Translations under genes and position numbers: made by a program
DNA from: Patescibacteria group bacterium
GTDB lineage: Bacteria; Patescibacteriota; Minisyncoccia; Minisyncoccales; UBA10102
Assembly (NCBI GenBank): GCA_022563395.1
Contig: JADFNM010000001.1
Location: 590,342-654,341, forward strand
Length of the DNA: 64,000 nt
Direction of reading: 5' to 3'
The notes under the pieces: model-generated
The model's database searches: none
Seen by the model: only the letters and a program-made list of their open reading frames with translations
What the model was told of the DNA's origin: nothing
Part shown: positions 49,417-59,357 of the stretch, piece by piece
Layout: the number at the start of each line of letters is the position of its first letter
How positions within the stretch are numbered: the first letter of the stretch is position 1

Positions 49417-50282
49417 GGATGAAACTCCTTGGAAAACAGTGGATGTTTGAGGAGTTCATTCCAGGAGAACTGAAAAGTGCCTTTACGGCATTTTCTGTTG
49501 ATCGAGAAATTCTGGAAACAAAGACGCCATACCAGAAGATTTCTATTATTGAGAATATTGAATTTGGGAGAATGCTGTTTCTTAATGACCTTGTGCAGGT
49601 CGCAGAAATGGGCGATGCAGCATACCATGAAATGCTTGTTCACCCAGGGCTTTTAACGCACCCAAAACCACAGAAAGTGCTAATCATTGGCGGCGGTGAT
49701 GGGGGTACGCTGAGAGAAGTTTTAAAACACCCCGTGCGGGAGGTTTTGCTGGCGGAGATTGATAAAGAAGTAATCAATGTTTCAAAACAATATCTTCCTT
49801 CTATATCACAAAATGCCTTTGAAGATCGCCGGACCAAGGTTTTTATTGAAGATGGTATGGAGACCCTAAAAAGGTATCGTAATGAGTTTGATTGCGTTAT
49901 TCTTGATTCCAATGATCCCGATGGCTCAATGGCCCATGAGCTATTTACGTATAATTGTTTTAAACTAGTAAAACAAGCATTAAAACCAAACGGTATTTTC
50001 ATAGCGCAGACAGGATATCTTTCAGATAAGTTTGGAAAACAAGCAAGAAAAGAAATGAAGAAAGTTTTTCCTTTTGTATGGTTTCACAGGGCTTTTGTGC
50101 CGTATATTCTTGAAGACGAGCATACATTTTCTTTTGCAAGCTCGCAAAAAAAATATAAAGAGATAACACTTTCAGCGCTCAAGAAGCGTTACGAAAGGCG
50201 GAGTCTTGTGACTTCGTATTATTCTCCAGAAATGCACCTGGCATCCGCCGTCTTGCCTAAGTATCTTCAGGAAAGCACTTAG
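49413..50282 (+). CDS. speE: Spermidine synthase-family aminopropyltransferase, paralog 1
   Basis: 289 aa. Has YQKISIIE, YHEMLVHP, IIGGGDGGTLREVLKH and ILDSNDPDG. Confidence 0.88.
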   Translation: MRMKLLGKQWMFEEFIPGELKSAFTAFSVDREILETKTPYQKISIIENIEFGRMLFLNDLVQVAEMGDAAYHEMLVHPGLLTHPKPQKVLIIGGGDGGTLREVLKHPVREVLLAEIDKEVINVSKQYLPSISQNAFEDRRTKVFIEDGMETLKRYRNEFDCVILDSNDPDGSMAHELFTYNCFKLVKQALKPNGIFIAQTGYLSDKFGKQARKEMKKVFPFVWFHRAFVPYILEDEHTFSFASSQKKYKEITLSALKKRYERRSLVTSYYSPEMHLASAVLPKYLQEST

Positions 50283-50373
50283 GGGTGGTATGGAGCATGT
50301 CTTGAAGGCGGTACAGCCAAAGAAGGTGGATGTACGAGAAATAAAAAGGGGCGCAGCAAAAGGGTAATGTAAC

Positions 50374-51237
50374 ATGAAGAAGATCTCAGTTTTTGGGAAT
50401 ACTTGGGCACTGGAAGGATTCCTTCCTGGAGAGAAAAAGATATTTCTTGCGGGTTTTGCAATAAAAACAAAGATATATACGGGAAAGAGTAAGTATCAAA
50501 GTATAGATATTTTTGATACAAAAGGATATGGTAGAATGTTTTTCCTTGATGGGTTAGTACAGCTCTCCACAAAAGATGAGGCGGTGTATCATGAAATGCT
50601 GGTACATCCCGCCTTGATGCATCATCCTTCCCCGCAGCGAGTTCTCATTATCGGTGGGGGAGATGGAGGAGCACTGCGTGAAGTACTAAAGCATCCTGTT
50701 AAGGAAGCGTTTTTAGTTGAAATTGATGAAGAAGTGATTTACGTCGCAAAAAAGTATCTTCCCACGCTGTGCCGTTCGGCCTTTGGAGACAAGAGAAGTA
50801 AGATTGTGGTGGCAGATGGAATTGAGTTTGTTGCGAAGCATAAAAACTATTTTGATTGTATAATTCTTGATTCCAACGATCCGGACGGAGTTATGGCAGC
50901 AAAACTTTTTGAAGAGAAGTTTTTGCGCGCCGTAAAAAATGCGCTTAGAAAAGATGGTATTTTTTCCGCACAGACTGGGTATATTTCTGATACCTTTGGC
51001 TTGAAAGCACGAGCTACCATGAGAAAGGTATTTTACTCCTTTGAATTGCACCGCGCCTTTGTCGGGAGTTTTCCGCGAGATGAACACTCTTTTCCTGTCG
51101 CGTCTTTAAAAATGGATCTTGCAAAGACGACAGAGAAAGTTCTTGAAAAAAGATATAAAGAAAGGAGGATCTCTACCTCATACTATTCTCCAGTCATGCA
51201 TTTTGCTTCGGGTGTTTTTCCTCCTTTATTAAAGTAA
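50374..51237 (+). CDS. Spermidine synthase-family aminopropyltransferase, paralog 2
   Basis: 287 aa. Has YQSIDIFD, YHEMLVHP, IIGGGDGGALREVLKH and ILDSNDPDG. Confidence 0.85.
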   Translation: MKKISVFGNTWALEGFLPGEKKIFLAGFAIKTKIYTGKSKYQSIDIFDTKGYGRMFFLDGLVQLSTKDEAVYHEMLVHPALMHHPSPQRVLIIGGGDGGALREVLKHPVKEAFLVEIDEEVIYVAKKYLPTLCRSAFGDKRSKIVVADGIEFVAKHKNYFDCIILDSNDPDGVMAAKLFEEKFLRAVKNALRKDGIFSAQTGYISDTFGLKARATMRKVFYSFELHRAFVGSFPRDEHSFPVASLKMDLAKTTEKVLEKRYKERRISTSYYSPVMHFASGVFPPLLK

Positions 51238-51265
51238 CATATCTTTTTTGGGTTTTCTGTGTGCT

Positions 51266-52120
51266 ATGAAGTTTTTGAATTCACCATATAATTTCAAAGA
51301 GGCAAATGTTGTTTTTTTTGGCGTACCTATTGGAAAGCGATTTTACGATGCCGCAAAAGCGTTGCGCAACACCCCTGTGTATATGGAGGATTTTGATATT
51401 GCAAGCAAGAAGGAATTGCTTGAAGGCATAAAAGTTGTAGATGTTGGGGATTTAAAGCCCAAAAAAACAGAGGATATCACGCAATATACTCGCTCCATTA
51501 TAGAGAATAACAAAATACCAGTTGCGATTGCAGGAGATCACCCATCGCTTTTTACTATTCCCGCTTTCCCGGAAGGCATTAAAGTTATAAGCTTTGATGC
51601 CCATTGCGATTTAAAAGACGAGTATAAAGATGACAATATTGTAGACTTAAGCACTCTATGGAATGGCAAATTTGATGCGAGAGTGAATGGAGCAACGTGG
51701 TTGCGCAGATTAAGCGAAACCATGGATCCAAAGAATATTTTGCTGATTGGGGTAAGGTCTTGCGATGCAGAAGAACTTAAGTTTATTGAGGAGAGCGGTA
51801 TTACATACATTACAGTAGGGGATATTCAAGAAAATAGAGAAGCAGCGCAAAAGAAAATCCAGGAATTCTCTGAAGGCTCAAAGGTATATATTACTCTTGA
51901 TGTGGATGTTTTTGACCCAAGTATTGCCCCCGCAGTTCATCAGCCAGAACCAGACGGGATATATTTTTTGGAGTTTAAGAGCTTACTGCGCGCTATCTCA
52001 GGCAATATTGTGGGTCTTGATGTCTGCTGCTTAAAACCGATAAAGGGAAACCAGATAACGGAATTTCTTGCTACAAGAGCGTTGTTTGAGATATTAAGCT
52101 TGGTTAAAAAAAGAGTATGA
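51266..52120 (+). CDS. speB: Agmatinase / ureohydrolase family
   Basis: Has GDHPS, SFDAHCDL, GVRS and LDVDVFDPSIAP manganese-ligand motifs. An alternative TTG start lies at 51248. Confidence 0.85.
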   Translation: MKFLNSPYNFKEANVVFFGVPIGKRFYDAAKALRNTPVYMEDFDIASKKELLEGIKVVDVGDLKPKKTEDITQYTRSIIENNKIPVAIAGDHPSLFTIPAFPEGIKVISFDAHCDLKDEYKDDNIVDLSTLWNGKFDARVNGATWLRRLSETMDPKNILLIGVRSCDAEELKFIEESGITYITVGDIQENREAAQKKIQEFSEGSKVYITLDVDVFDPSIAPAVHQPEPDGIYFLEFKSLLRAISGNIVGLDVCCLKPIKGNQITEFLATRALFEILSLVKKRV

Positions 52121-52491
52121 GAAAGAATTATACAAAGACCTATCATATTATTTTTGATGCTTTTGGTGTAGATAAAAAACTCTTAAGGAATGAGAAGTTT
52201 ACGTTGAATTTATTACTTCAACTCCCAAAATTAGTAGGAATGAAGATTCTCTCTGGGCCACATTTAGTGCGAGACTATGATACTGGGCACGAAGGACTTA
52301 CTGGATTTGCGATTATAGATTACTCACATATCTCTTTACATACTTTCGTTGATACGCAAGAGATTTTTATAGATATATTTTCCTGCAAACCTTTTGATTA
52401 TAAGAAAGTACGGCGATATCTTTTTAAGCAATTGAAAATAAAGAGCGGGCAAGTTGAAACATTAGAAGTTAAATACCCCTGGGAGAAATAG
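52117..52491 (+). CDS. Second AdoMetDC-like pyruvoyl enzyme (divergent cleavage motif; possible arginine decarboxylase)
   Basis: 124 aa. IIDYSHISLHTFVD aligns with ESHIALHTWPE of SpeH but has Tyr-Ser instead of Glu-Ser. Also has IDIFSC. Confidence 0.65.
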   Translation: MRKNYTKTYHIIFDAFGVDKKLLRNEKFTLNLLLQLPKLVGMKILSGPHLVRDYDTGHEGLTGFAIIDYSHISLHTFVDTQEIFIDIFSCKPFDYKKVRRYLFKQLKIKSGQVETLEVKYPWEK

Positions 52492-52497
52492 CAGTAC

Positions 52498-53367
52498 ATG
52501 AAGAAGCAAAAAGTTGCACTGGTAGATAGTGTTCCCTTTGACGAATCAAGGGTAACGGTTGCCTACAAGGTAAAAAAGGTACTGTATTCGGGGAAATCTG
52601 CATATCAAAAGATTAATGTCTTTGATCTTGAGTTTTATAGAAGAGCGCTATTTTTGGATGATATTTTGCAAACAACGCAAAAAGATGAATTTATCTATCA
52701 TGAAATGCTTTGCCAAGCACCGCTATTTTTACATTCTTTGCCAGAGAAAGTTTTAATTATCGGCGGAGCCGATGGAGGCGCATTAGAAGAAGTGTTAAAG
52801 CATGCATCGGTACAGGAAGTTTGGATGGTAGAGATAGACAGAAAAGTTGTTGATGTATCCCGAAAATATCTTCCCTCTATTTCCAAGAATGCATTTCAAG
52901 ATAAGCGGACACATCTTCTTTTTGAGGATGGGAAGGAATTCGTAAAAAAGCACAAGAGTTTTTTTGATGTTGTCATTCTCGACCTCTCAGATCCAGGAGG
53001 GCCCGCAGAAGGCCTTATCTCCCCAGCGTTTTATAGAAATGTAAAGCAATGCCTGCGAAAGAATGGGATTGTTTCTGTACAGTCTGGTTCTCTTAGCGCC
53101 CAGCCACATCTTGTGGCCTTAATCCAAAAGCGTTTGCGCAGCGTTTTTCGCTTTGTAGAAATGCGATGTGCAGTAGTTCCTTCTTACCAAGCAGGAGTGT
53201 TTACCTTTACCTTAGCTTCGGACTTTAACTTCTCTATGGTTTCCTCAAAGACCTTAGAAAAGAAGTTTAAAAGCGCAAAAAAGATGGATTTGAAGTATTG
53301 GTCTCCAAAGATTGCTGTTGCATCAGCTATTTTACCAAGGTACATAAAAGATTTTTTGGGAAAATAG
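52498..53367 (+). CDS. Spermidine synthase-family aminopropyltransferase, paralog 3 (most divergent)
   Basis: 289 aa. Has YQKINVFD, YHEMLCQ, IIGGADGGALEEVLKH and ILDLSDPGGPA. Confidence 0.85.
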   Translation: MKKQKVALVDSVPFDESRVTVAYKVKKVLYSGKSAYQKINVFDLEFYRRALFLDDILQTTQKDEFIYHEMLCQAPLFLHSLPEKVLIIGGADGGALEEVLKHASVQEVWMVEIDRKVVDVSRKYLPSISKNAFQDKRTHLLFEDGKEFVKKHKSFFDVVILDLSDPGGPAEGLISPAFYRNVKQCLRKNGIVSVQSGSLSAQPHLVALIQKRLRSVFRFVEMRCAVVPSYQAGVFTFTLASDFNFSMVSSKTLEKKFKSAKKMDLKYWSPKIAVASAILPRYIKDFLGK

Positions 53368-53428
53368 TAAAAGAAGAGGTCAATACCACTTTTTTACAAA
53401 CACTCCATTTTAGGCAATAATAGCTATT

Positions 53429-55861
53429 ATGAAGATTTTTGAGAAATTCTTTGCTCAAGACCACGAGAAATACGCGAAAAAATTCAGGCCCCAAATAGAG
53501 AAGATTGCCTCTTTTGAGGCAGAACTGAAGTTGCTTTCTCTTGAGCAGTTTAAAGAGAGGACAAGGGAACTCAAGGAACAACTTTCCAAAGACGCACAAC
53601 TGGATATTTTGCTCCCGGAGGCTTTTGCATTGGTGAGGGAGGCCTCTTTGCGTACGCTTCAGCAGCGGCATTTTGATGTGCAGTTAATAGGAGGCATGGT
53701 GCTTCACGAGGGCAAGATTGCAGAAATGAAGACAGGAGAAGGAAAGACCCTTACCGCAACGCTTCCCGTGTACCTTAATGCTTTAACGGATAACGGGGTA
53801 CACATTATTACGGTAAACGATTATCTGGCAAAGAGAGACACGGTGTGGATGGGGCAAATCTACCATGCCCTGGGTTTGTCTGTTTCTTGCATTACCCACG
53901 ACGCTTCCTATATATACGACCCGAGTTACGGACAGGACTCAACGCAGGATGAAAAACGAGATACCTTAGGTTCATTTTTAGTAGAGGAGTCTTATCTTCG
54001 TCCCGTTTCAAGAAAAGAGGCGTACCTGGCCGATATTACCTACGGGACAAACAACGAGTTTGGCTTTGACTATCTTAGAGATAATATGGCGCAGAGCTTG
54101 GAAACCCAGGTGCAGCGGGGCCACGCTTTTGCCATCATAGACGAGGTAGATTCTGTGTTGGTGGACGAAGCAAGAACCCCCCTGATTATTTCTGCCCCAG
54201 ACCAGGAAAGCTCCTCTTGGTACAAAGAGTTTGCTCGCCTCGTACCCCAGCTCAAAAAGGAAGAAGATTATGAGTTAGATGAAAAGTTAAAAGCAGTAAC
54301 CTTGACGGAACAAGGCGTAAACAAGGTAGAGCGGTTAATGGGGGTGAAGGATATTTACCAAGAGCGTGGTATTAAGTTTTTGCATCATTTAGAACAGGCC
54401 CTGAAAGCAGAGGCAATCTTTGAGCGCGACCGAGATTATGTGGTGAGAGACGGAAGCGTTGTTATTGTAGATGAGTTTACCGGAAGACTCTTGCCAGGAA
54501 GAAGATACTCTGGCGGCCTGCACCAGGCCTTAGAGGCAAAAGAGGGGGTTTTGGTGCAGCCAGAATCTTTGACGTTGGCCTCCATTACCTTTCAAAACTA
54601 TTTTAGGATGTACAAAAAGCTAGCTGGAATGACAGGAACCGCTTTAACTTCAGCTGAAGAGTTTTCTAAGGTATACAACCTTGAAGTAATCGCCATTCCC
54701 ACAAACAAGCCCATGGTGCGCCAGGATATGCCAGACAAGGTGTATCAATCACAAGAGGCAAAGTTCAATGCCATTGTAGAAGAGATCAAGGAGAGACAGA
54801 AAAAAGGACAACCTGTGCTTATTGGTACGGTCTCCATTCAAAGGAATGAATATCTGGGCAAACTTTTAGAACGGCAGGGAGTTCGCCATGAAATGCTCAA
54901 CGCAAAAAACCACGAGAGGGAAGCTGCCATCATTGCACAAGCTGGGCAAAAGGGAGCTGTTACCGTTGCAACAAACATGGCAGGAAGAGGGGTAGACATT
55001 ATCTTGGGGGGAAACCCGTTAGATGAGAAGGAGGCAGAAGGGGTCAAGAGTTTGGGAGGGCTCCATGTTATTGGAACCGAACGCCACGAAGCAAGAAGAA
55101 TTGACAACCAGCTGAGAGGACGCTCTGGCAGACAAGGAGATCCAGGGTCTACCCAGTTTTTTGTTTCTTTAGAAGACGACCTCATCCGTATCTTTGGGGG
55201 GGAGCGCATTCAAAAATTAATGCAGCAGCTCCACTTGCCAAAAGAGGAGGCCATTGAGTCCAAGATGGTATCTGGAACCATAGAGTCAGCCCAAAGCAAG
55301 ATTGAGGGGTTTAACTTTGATGCGAGAAAGCACCTGCTGGAGTATGATGATGTGTTGAATAAACACCGAGAGACCGTGTACCGAAAAAGGAGAGAATTGC
55401 TCAATATGGCCAAGGAAGGAACCTTAAAAGAGTATATTCTTGGGGTTATAGAAAAGCTTGGGAAAAACAAAGAGGAATATGACAAGAAAGAACAGGAACT
55501 GGGTCAAGAAAATCTGCGCCAGGCAGAAAAGATTGTTGCCATGCGCGTCTTGGATTCCTTGTGGCTTGAGCATTTAGAAAACATGGAGGCCTTGCGGGAT
55601 TCTGTAAAATTGCGCGCCTATGGTCAGCAAGACCCTTTGATAGAATACAAGAATGAGGCAAGAAAAATGTTTCAGTCTTTTGTAGAGAACATGGAGGCAA
55701 TGATTGCAAACGCTTTGCTTCAGATTTCGCGTGTTCAGCCGCATCAACATCAGCATGTGCACCAGGCCTCCCAGCAGGATCCGCAATACAAGAATGTTGG
55801 ACGAAACGACCCCTGTCCTTGCCAAAGCGGCAAGAAATTCAAGCGCTGCCATGGTGCATAG
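53429..55861 (+). CDS. secA: Preprotein translocase ATPase SecA
   Basis: 810 aa. Has MKTGEGKTL (Walker A), the DEAD-like DEVDS, TNMAGRGVDI and the C-terminal zinc motif CPCQSGKKFKRCHG. Confidence 0.95.
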   Translation: MKIFEKFFAQDHEKYAKKFRPQIEKIASFEAELKLLSLEQFKERTRELKEQLSKDAQLDILLPEAFALVREASLRTLQQRHFDVQLIGGMVLHEGKIAEMKTGEGKTLTATLPVYLNALTDNGVHIITVNDYLAKRDTVWMGQIYHALGLSVSCITHDASYIYDPSYGQDSTQDEKRDTLGSFLVEESYLRPVSRKEAYLADITYGTNNEFGFDYLRDNMAQSLETQVQRGHAFAIIDEVDSVLVDEARTPLIISAPDQESSSWYKEFARLVPQLKKEEDYELDEKLKAVTLTEQGVNKVERLMGVKDIYQERGIKFLHHLEQALKAEAIFERDRDYVVRDGSVVIVDEFTGRLLPGRRYSGGLHQALEAKEGVLVQPESLTLASITFQNYFRMYKKLAGMTGTALTSAEEFSKVYNLEVIAIPTNKPMVRQDMPDKVYQSQEAKFNAIVEEIKERQKKGQPVLIGTVSIQRNEYLGKLLERQGVRHEMLNAKNHEREAAIIAQAGQKGAVTVATNMAGRGVDIILGGNPLDEKEAEGVKSLGGLHVIGTERHEARRIDNQLRGRSGRQGDPGSTQFFVSLEDDLIRIFGGERIQKLMQQLHLPKEEAIESKMVSGTIESAQSKIEGFNFDARKHLLEYDDVLNKHRETVYRKRRELLNMAKEGTLKEYILGVIEKLGKNKEEYDKKEQELGQENLRQAEKIVAMRVLDSLWLEHLENMEALRDSVKLRAYGQQDPLIEYKNEARKMFQSFVENMEAMIANALLQISRVQPHQHQHVHQASQQDPQYKNVGRNDPCPCQSGKKFKRCHGA

Positions 55862-56333
55862 GAAAAAACTTTTTACCCTTTGTATTGTTTGTCGAGGAGA
55901 TCAGGTTTTGCTTGGCATGAAAAAGAGGGGATTTGGACAAGGGAAATGGAACGGGTTTGGAGGAAAGGTAGAGGCGAGGGAGAGTATTGAAAAGGCAATG
56001 AAGCGAGAACTCAAAGAAGAGATTGGTATCATTCCTCGCTCTTTTGAAAAGAAAGCGCTCTTTGAGTTTCATTTCAAAGACAATCCTGAGTATCTTGAGG
56101 TTCATGTGTTTTATATTCCTTCTTTTGAAGGCGAACCAAAAGAAACAGAAGAAATGAGGCCGCAGTGGTTCTCAAAAGAAAAGCTCCCCTTTGAGAGCAT
56201 GTGGCCGGATGACAAGCACTGGCTTCCCCTGTTTCTTGAGGGGAAAACCCTGCGCGGACGATTTTCATTTGGAGATGACGATGTCCTCATTGACTATACA
56301 CTCAAAGAAGGCGATTTCACTTTTGGAAGCTAA
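55851..56333 (+). CDS. NUDIX hydrolase (MutT/MTH1-like)
   Basis: The ATG at 55851 overlaps the secA end by 11 nt. The Nudix box is GGKVEARESIEKAMKRELKEEIGI. Confidence 0.85.
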   Translation: MVHRKKLFTLCIVCRGDQVLLGMKKRGFGQGKWNGFGGKVEARESIEKAMKRELKEEIGIIPRSFEKKALFEFHFKDNPEYLEVHVFYIPSFEGEPKETEEMRPQWFSKEKLPFESMWPDDKHWLPLFLEGKTLRGRFSFGDDDVLIDYTLKEGDFTFGS

Positions 56334-56351
56334 GCTTCCAAAAAGCTAAAA

Positions 56352-56996
56352 ATGGTATTTGCTCCGTTTCTCTTCATCATTCTCTTAATTCTCGCGATTC
56401 CATTCCTTCTTGCTTTTGGGTTTTTTCATGTTCTGCGCCTGGGGTTTGAAAACCTTGGCTTCCCACCAGAGATGGTTCTTTTAACCTTGGTGTCAATGCT
56501 TTTGGGTTCTTTTGTGAACATTCCTTTGGGAAGAAGGAAACTGGTAGAGGTTACAGAGTCGCATTTCTTTGGGCTGTTCAAAAGAAAACGGCTTTTGGTG
56601 CAGGGTCTTTCCGTGAATGTTGGAGGAGCTTTAATCCCCTTGGCCATCGCGGGTTTCTTGCTCTTTCGCGTTCCTCTTGAGGAAACGCTCATTGCAACCT
56701 TGTTCATGACCCTGGTTGCGTGGAAACTTTCTTATGTGGTTCCTGGCAGGGGTATTGCCCTGCCCGTTCTCATTCCACCCTTGTTTGCTGCCCTCTTTGC
56801 CCTGTTGCTGGCACCAGAGGAAGCTGCCTTGGTTGCTTTTGTATCTGGAACCCTGGGAGTTCTGCTGGGAGCTGATCTCCTGCGTTTGCCCCAGGTTGTG
56901 CGGGGTGAGGTTGGCATGATGTCCATTGGAGGGGCTGGAGTGTTTGATGGTATATTTCTTGTGGGGATAGTGGCTGCTTTACTCGCAGGCCTCTAA
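56352..56996 (+). CDS. Polytopic integral membrane protein (DUF1614-like)
   Basis: 214 aa with about 6 hydrophobic helices. The family assignment is from memory only. Confidence 0.55.
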   Translation: MVFAPFLFIILLILAIPFLLAFGFFHVLRLGFENLGFPPEMVLLTLVSMLLGSFVNIPLGRRKLVEVTESHFFGLFKRKRLLVQGLSVNVGGALIPLAIAGFLLFRVPLEETLIATLFMTLVAWKLSYVVPGRGIALPVLIPPLFAALFALLLAPEEAALVAFVSGTLGVLLGADLLRLPQVVRGEVGMMSIGGAGVFDGIFLVGIVAALLAGL

Positions 56997-57014
56997 ATGC
57001 TACGATAAGGTGGT

Positions 57015-57100
57015 TACGTTCACACAGTTTCTCCCGACCCCCCTTCTTTTCAAAACCCTCGGTTTTGAATAATTTCCAACACGGGGGAAACTGAAAATTT
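57015..57100. repeat. ~85-bp structured repeat, copy 2 (inverted relative to 748-833)
   Basis: The reverse complement matches 748-833 with only a few mismatches. Ends 15 nt before the secD ATG. Confidence 0.8.
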
Positions 57101-57115
57101 TATTCTAAAATTTTT

Positions 57116-58435
57116 ATGAAACCAAAAAGGAAAGCATTGTTGATACTTTTCTTTGTATTTTTCCTGGGAGCACTAGCTGCTTCTTTTGTATTCCCTCAGT
57201 ATCTTAAGGTTCCTGGCATGGCGAATGTTCCCTTTCGGTTGGGACTGGATTTGCAGGGCGGGCTTCATTTGGTGTATGAAGCTGACTTGGAAACTATTCC
57301 TTTCTTTGACCGAGACGAGAAAATGCAAGGGCTCCGCGATGTTATTGAGCGCAGGGTTAACTTTTTTGGAATTTCAGAACCTACCATTCAGCTACAGGGT
57401 AAAGGGGAAACAAGGCGTCTCATTGTGGAGCTGGCAGGCATTCAAGACACGAACCAGGCTATCTTGTTAATAGGGCAGACGCCATATCTGGAGTTCAAAG
57501 AATATAGGGAGAATTATCAAGAGATTTTGGCAAGCAACCAACAAGTGCTGGAAACAGGAGAAGGGCAGCTTGAGGACCCGTTTCAGGCAACTTTGCTGAC
57601 AGGGGGATATCTGTCGCGAGCCGAGGTTGGGCTTGACAATCTGACCCAAGAGCCCCTTATTATCCTGCAGTTTGACAAAGAGGGTTCTTTACTGTTTGAA
57701 GAGCTTACAAAAAAGAATATTGGGCTGCCTTTGGCCATATTCTTGGATGGGGCATTGCTGCAGGCTCCCGTGGTGCAAGGCGTTATTTCCGGTGGAAGAG
57801 CCCAGATTACGGGAAGCTTTACGGTCAAAGAAGCGCAGCGCATTTCAAGAGAATTAAACAACGGGGCATTGCCGGTTCCCATTACCCTACTCTCGCAGCA
57901 GAGCGTGGGGGCAACCTTGGGGGCAGAATCCTTGCAAAAGAGTTTGGCCGCGGGATTGCTTGGTCTTGCCTTTGTGTTTGTATTCATGATTCTGGTATAC
58001 CGTATTCCAGGCATGGTTGCTGGAATCGCTCTGATTTTGTATGCCTTGTTTTTTCTCTCATTGTTTAAGCTTATTTCCATTACCCTGACTCTGGCTGGAA
58101 TTGCGGGAGGCATTCTTTCTTTGGGCCTGGCGGTGGATGCGAACATTCTTATCTTTGCCCGTATGCGAGAGGAGCTGCGCACAGGAAAGAGTTTTGGCCT
58201 GGCTTTAGAAGAAGGGTTTAAGCGGGCATGGCCCTCCATTCGGGACGGCAATATTACCACGCTTGCCGTGGCATTAATCCTCTTTTGGTTCGGAAGCTCT
58301 TTTGTGAAAGGATTTGCCTTAACCTTGTCTTTGGGAATTTTGGTCAGCTTGTTTTCTGCCATTTTCATAACCAAGAACATGCTGAGGTTGTTTATAGATA
58401 CCAAGATTGCAAAAGTTTCGTGGCTTTTTCGCTAA
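57116..58435 (+). CDS. secD: Protein-export membrane protein SecD
   Basis: 439 aa. Has an N-terminal TM helix, a periplasmic domain (LGLDLQGG), and C-terminal TM bundle motifs (LAGIAGGILSLGLAVDANILIFARMREE). Confidence 0.92.
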   Translation: MKPKRKALLILFFVFFLGALAASFVFPQYLKVPGMANVPFRLGLDLQGGLHLVYEADLETIPFFDRDEKMQGLRDVIERRVNFFGISEPTIQLQGKGETRRLIVELAGIQDTNQAILLIGQTPYLEFKEYRENYQEILASNQQVLETGEGQLEDPFQATLLTGGYLSRAEVGLDNLTQEPLIILQFDKEGSLLFEELTKKNIGLPLAIFLDGALLQAPVVQGVISGGRAQITGSFTVKEAQRISRELNNGALPVPITLLSQQSVGATLGAESLQKSLAAGLLGLAFVFVFMILVYRIPGMVAGIALILYALFFLSLFKLISITLTLAGIAGGILSLGLAVDANILIFARMREELRTGKSFGLALEEGFKRAWPSIRDGNITTLAVALILFWFGSSFVKGFALTLSLGILVSLFSAIFITKNMLRLFIDTKIAKVSWLFR

Positions 58436-58436
58436 C

Positions 58437-59318
58437 ATGATATTTCAAAAACTCCAACGCATATTATTTATCCTTTCTTTTGTCGCCATGGGAGCCAGCG
58501 CCTTTGTCCTTGGATTTTTTGGTTTAAACTTAGGGATTGATTTCACCGGAGGAAGCTTACTGGAAGTAAAGTATGAAAATGAACGTCCCACCACAAAAAG
58601 CATCCAGGAGTCCTTAAAAGCTCTTGATTTGGGTTCTTTGTCTGTACAGTACACGGGGGAGAAGGGAGCGTTGATTCGCATGAAAGATATTCCAGAGCCC
58701 GTGCACCAGCAGGTACTTTCTTTATTGGGAGAAGATATACAAGAACTGAGATTTGAATCTATTGGACCTACTATTGGAAAGGAACTTCGTGAAAAGACCT
58801 TGCTTTTGGCGGGATTAGCCATGGCTGTAGTGATTTTGTACATTGCCTTTGCCTTTCGGAGAACGGCAGAGCGTGTTCGCCCTTGGCACTGGTCGGGAGC
58901 CGCAATGGTAGCTTCTTTTCACGACATTCTTTTGCCGCTTGCGGTGTTTGCGGTGCTGGGAGAGTATGCCGGGGTTCAAGTCACCATTCCCGTGGTGGTT
59001 GCCCTGCTTACGGTTGTGGGGTATTCCATTAACGATACGGTGGTGGTGTTTGACCGTATTCGAGAAAACATCTTCAAGCATGTTGGTTTTGACTTTAAAG
59101 ACACGGTACAGCAAGCGCTGCGCCAGACTTGGTTTCGTTCATTGTCCACTTCTTTGACCACGCTGGCGGTGCTTGTGTCCATGTATCTTTTTGGGGGTTC
59201 AACCTTAAAAGATTTTGCTTTCATGCTCATGATAGGAATTGTTGCGGGCACTTTCTCTTCTCTGTTTCTGGCTCCCTCCCTTTTGCTGGTGTGGAGAAGA
59301 GAGATGTTCAGGGTTTGA
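58437..59318 (+). CDS. secF: Protein-export membrane protein SecF
   Basis: The ATG at 58437 lies 1 nt after the secD stop. Has GIDFTGGS and GYSINDTVVVFDRIREN. Confidence 0.92.
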   Translation: MIFQKLQRILFILSFVAMGASAFVLGFFGLNLGIDFTGGSLLEVKYENERPTTKSIQESLKALDLGSLSVQYTGEKGALIRMKDIPEPVHQQVLSLLGEDIQELRFESIGPTIGKELREKTLLLAGLAMAVVILYIAFAFRRTAERVRPWHWSGAAMVASFHDILLPLAVFAVLGEYAGVQVTIPVVVALLTVVGYSINDTVVVFDRIRENIFKHVGFDFKDTVQQALRQTWFRSLSTSLTTLAVLVSMYLFGGSTLKDFAFMLMIGIVAGTFSSLFLAPSLLLVWRREMFRV

Positions 59319-59357
59319 CAAATTCCTTATTAAATGGTTTGATAGACCAATTGGAAC

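Noticed and set aside
57583-58404. 273-aa minus-strand ORF
   Set aside because: It is antisense to secD, which is clearly recognisable. I see no motif in it and treat it as a shadow frame.
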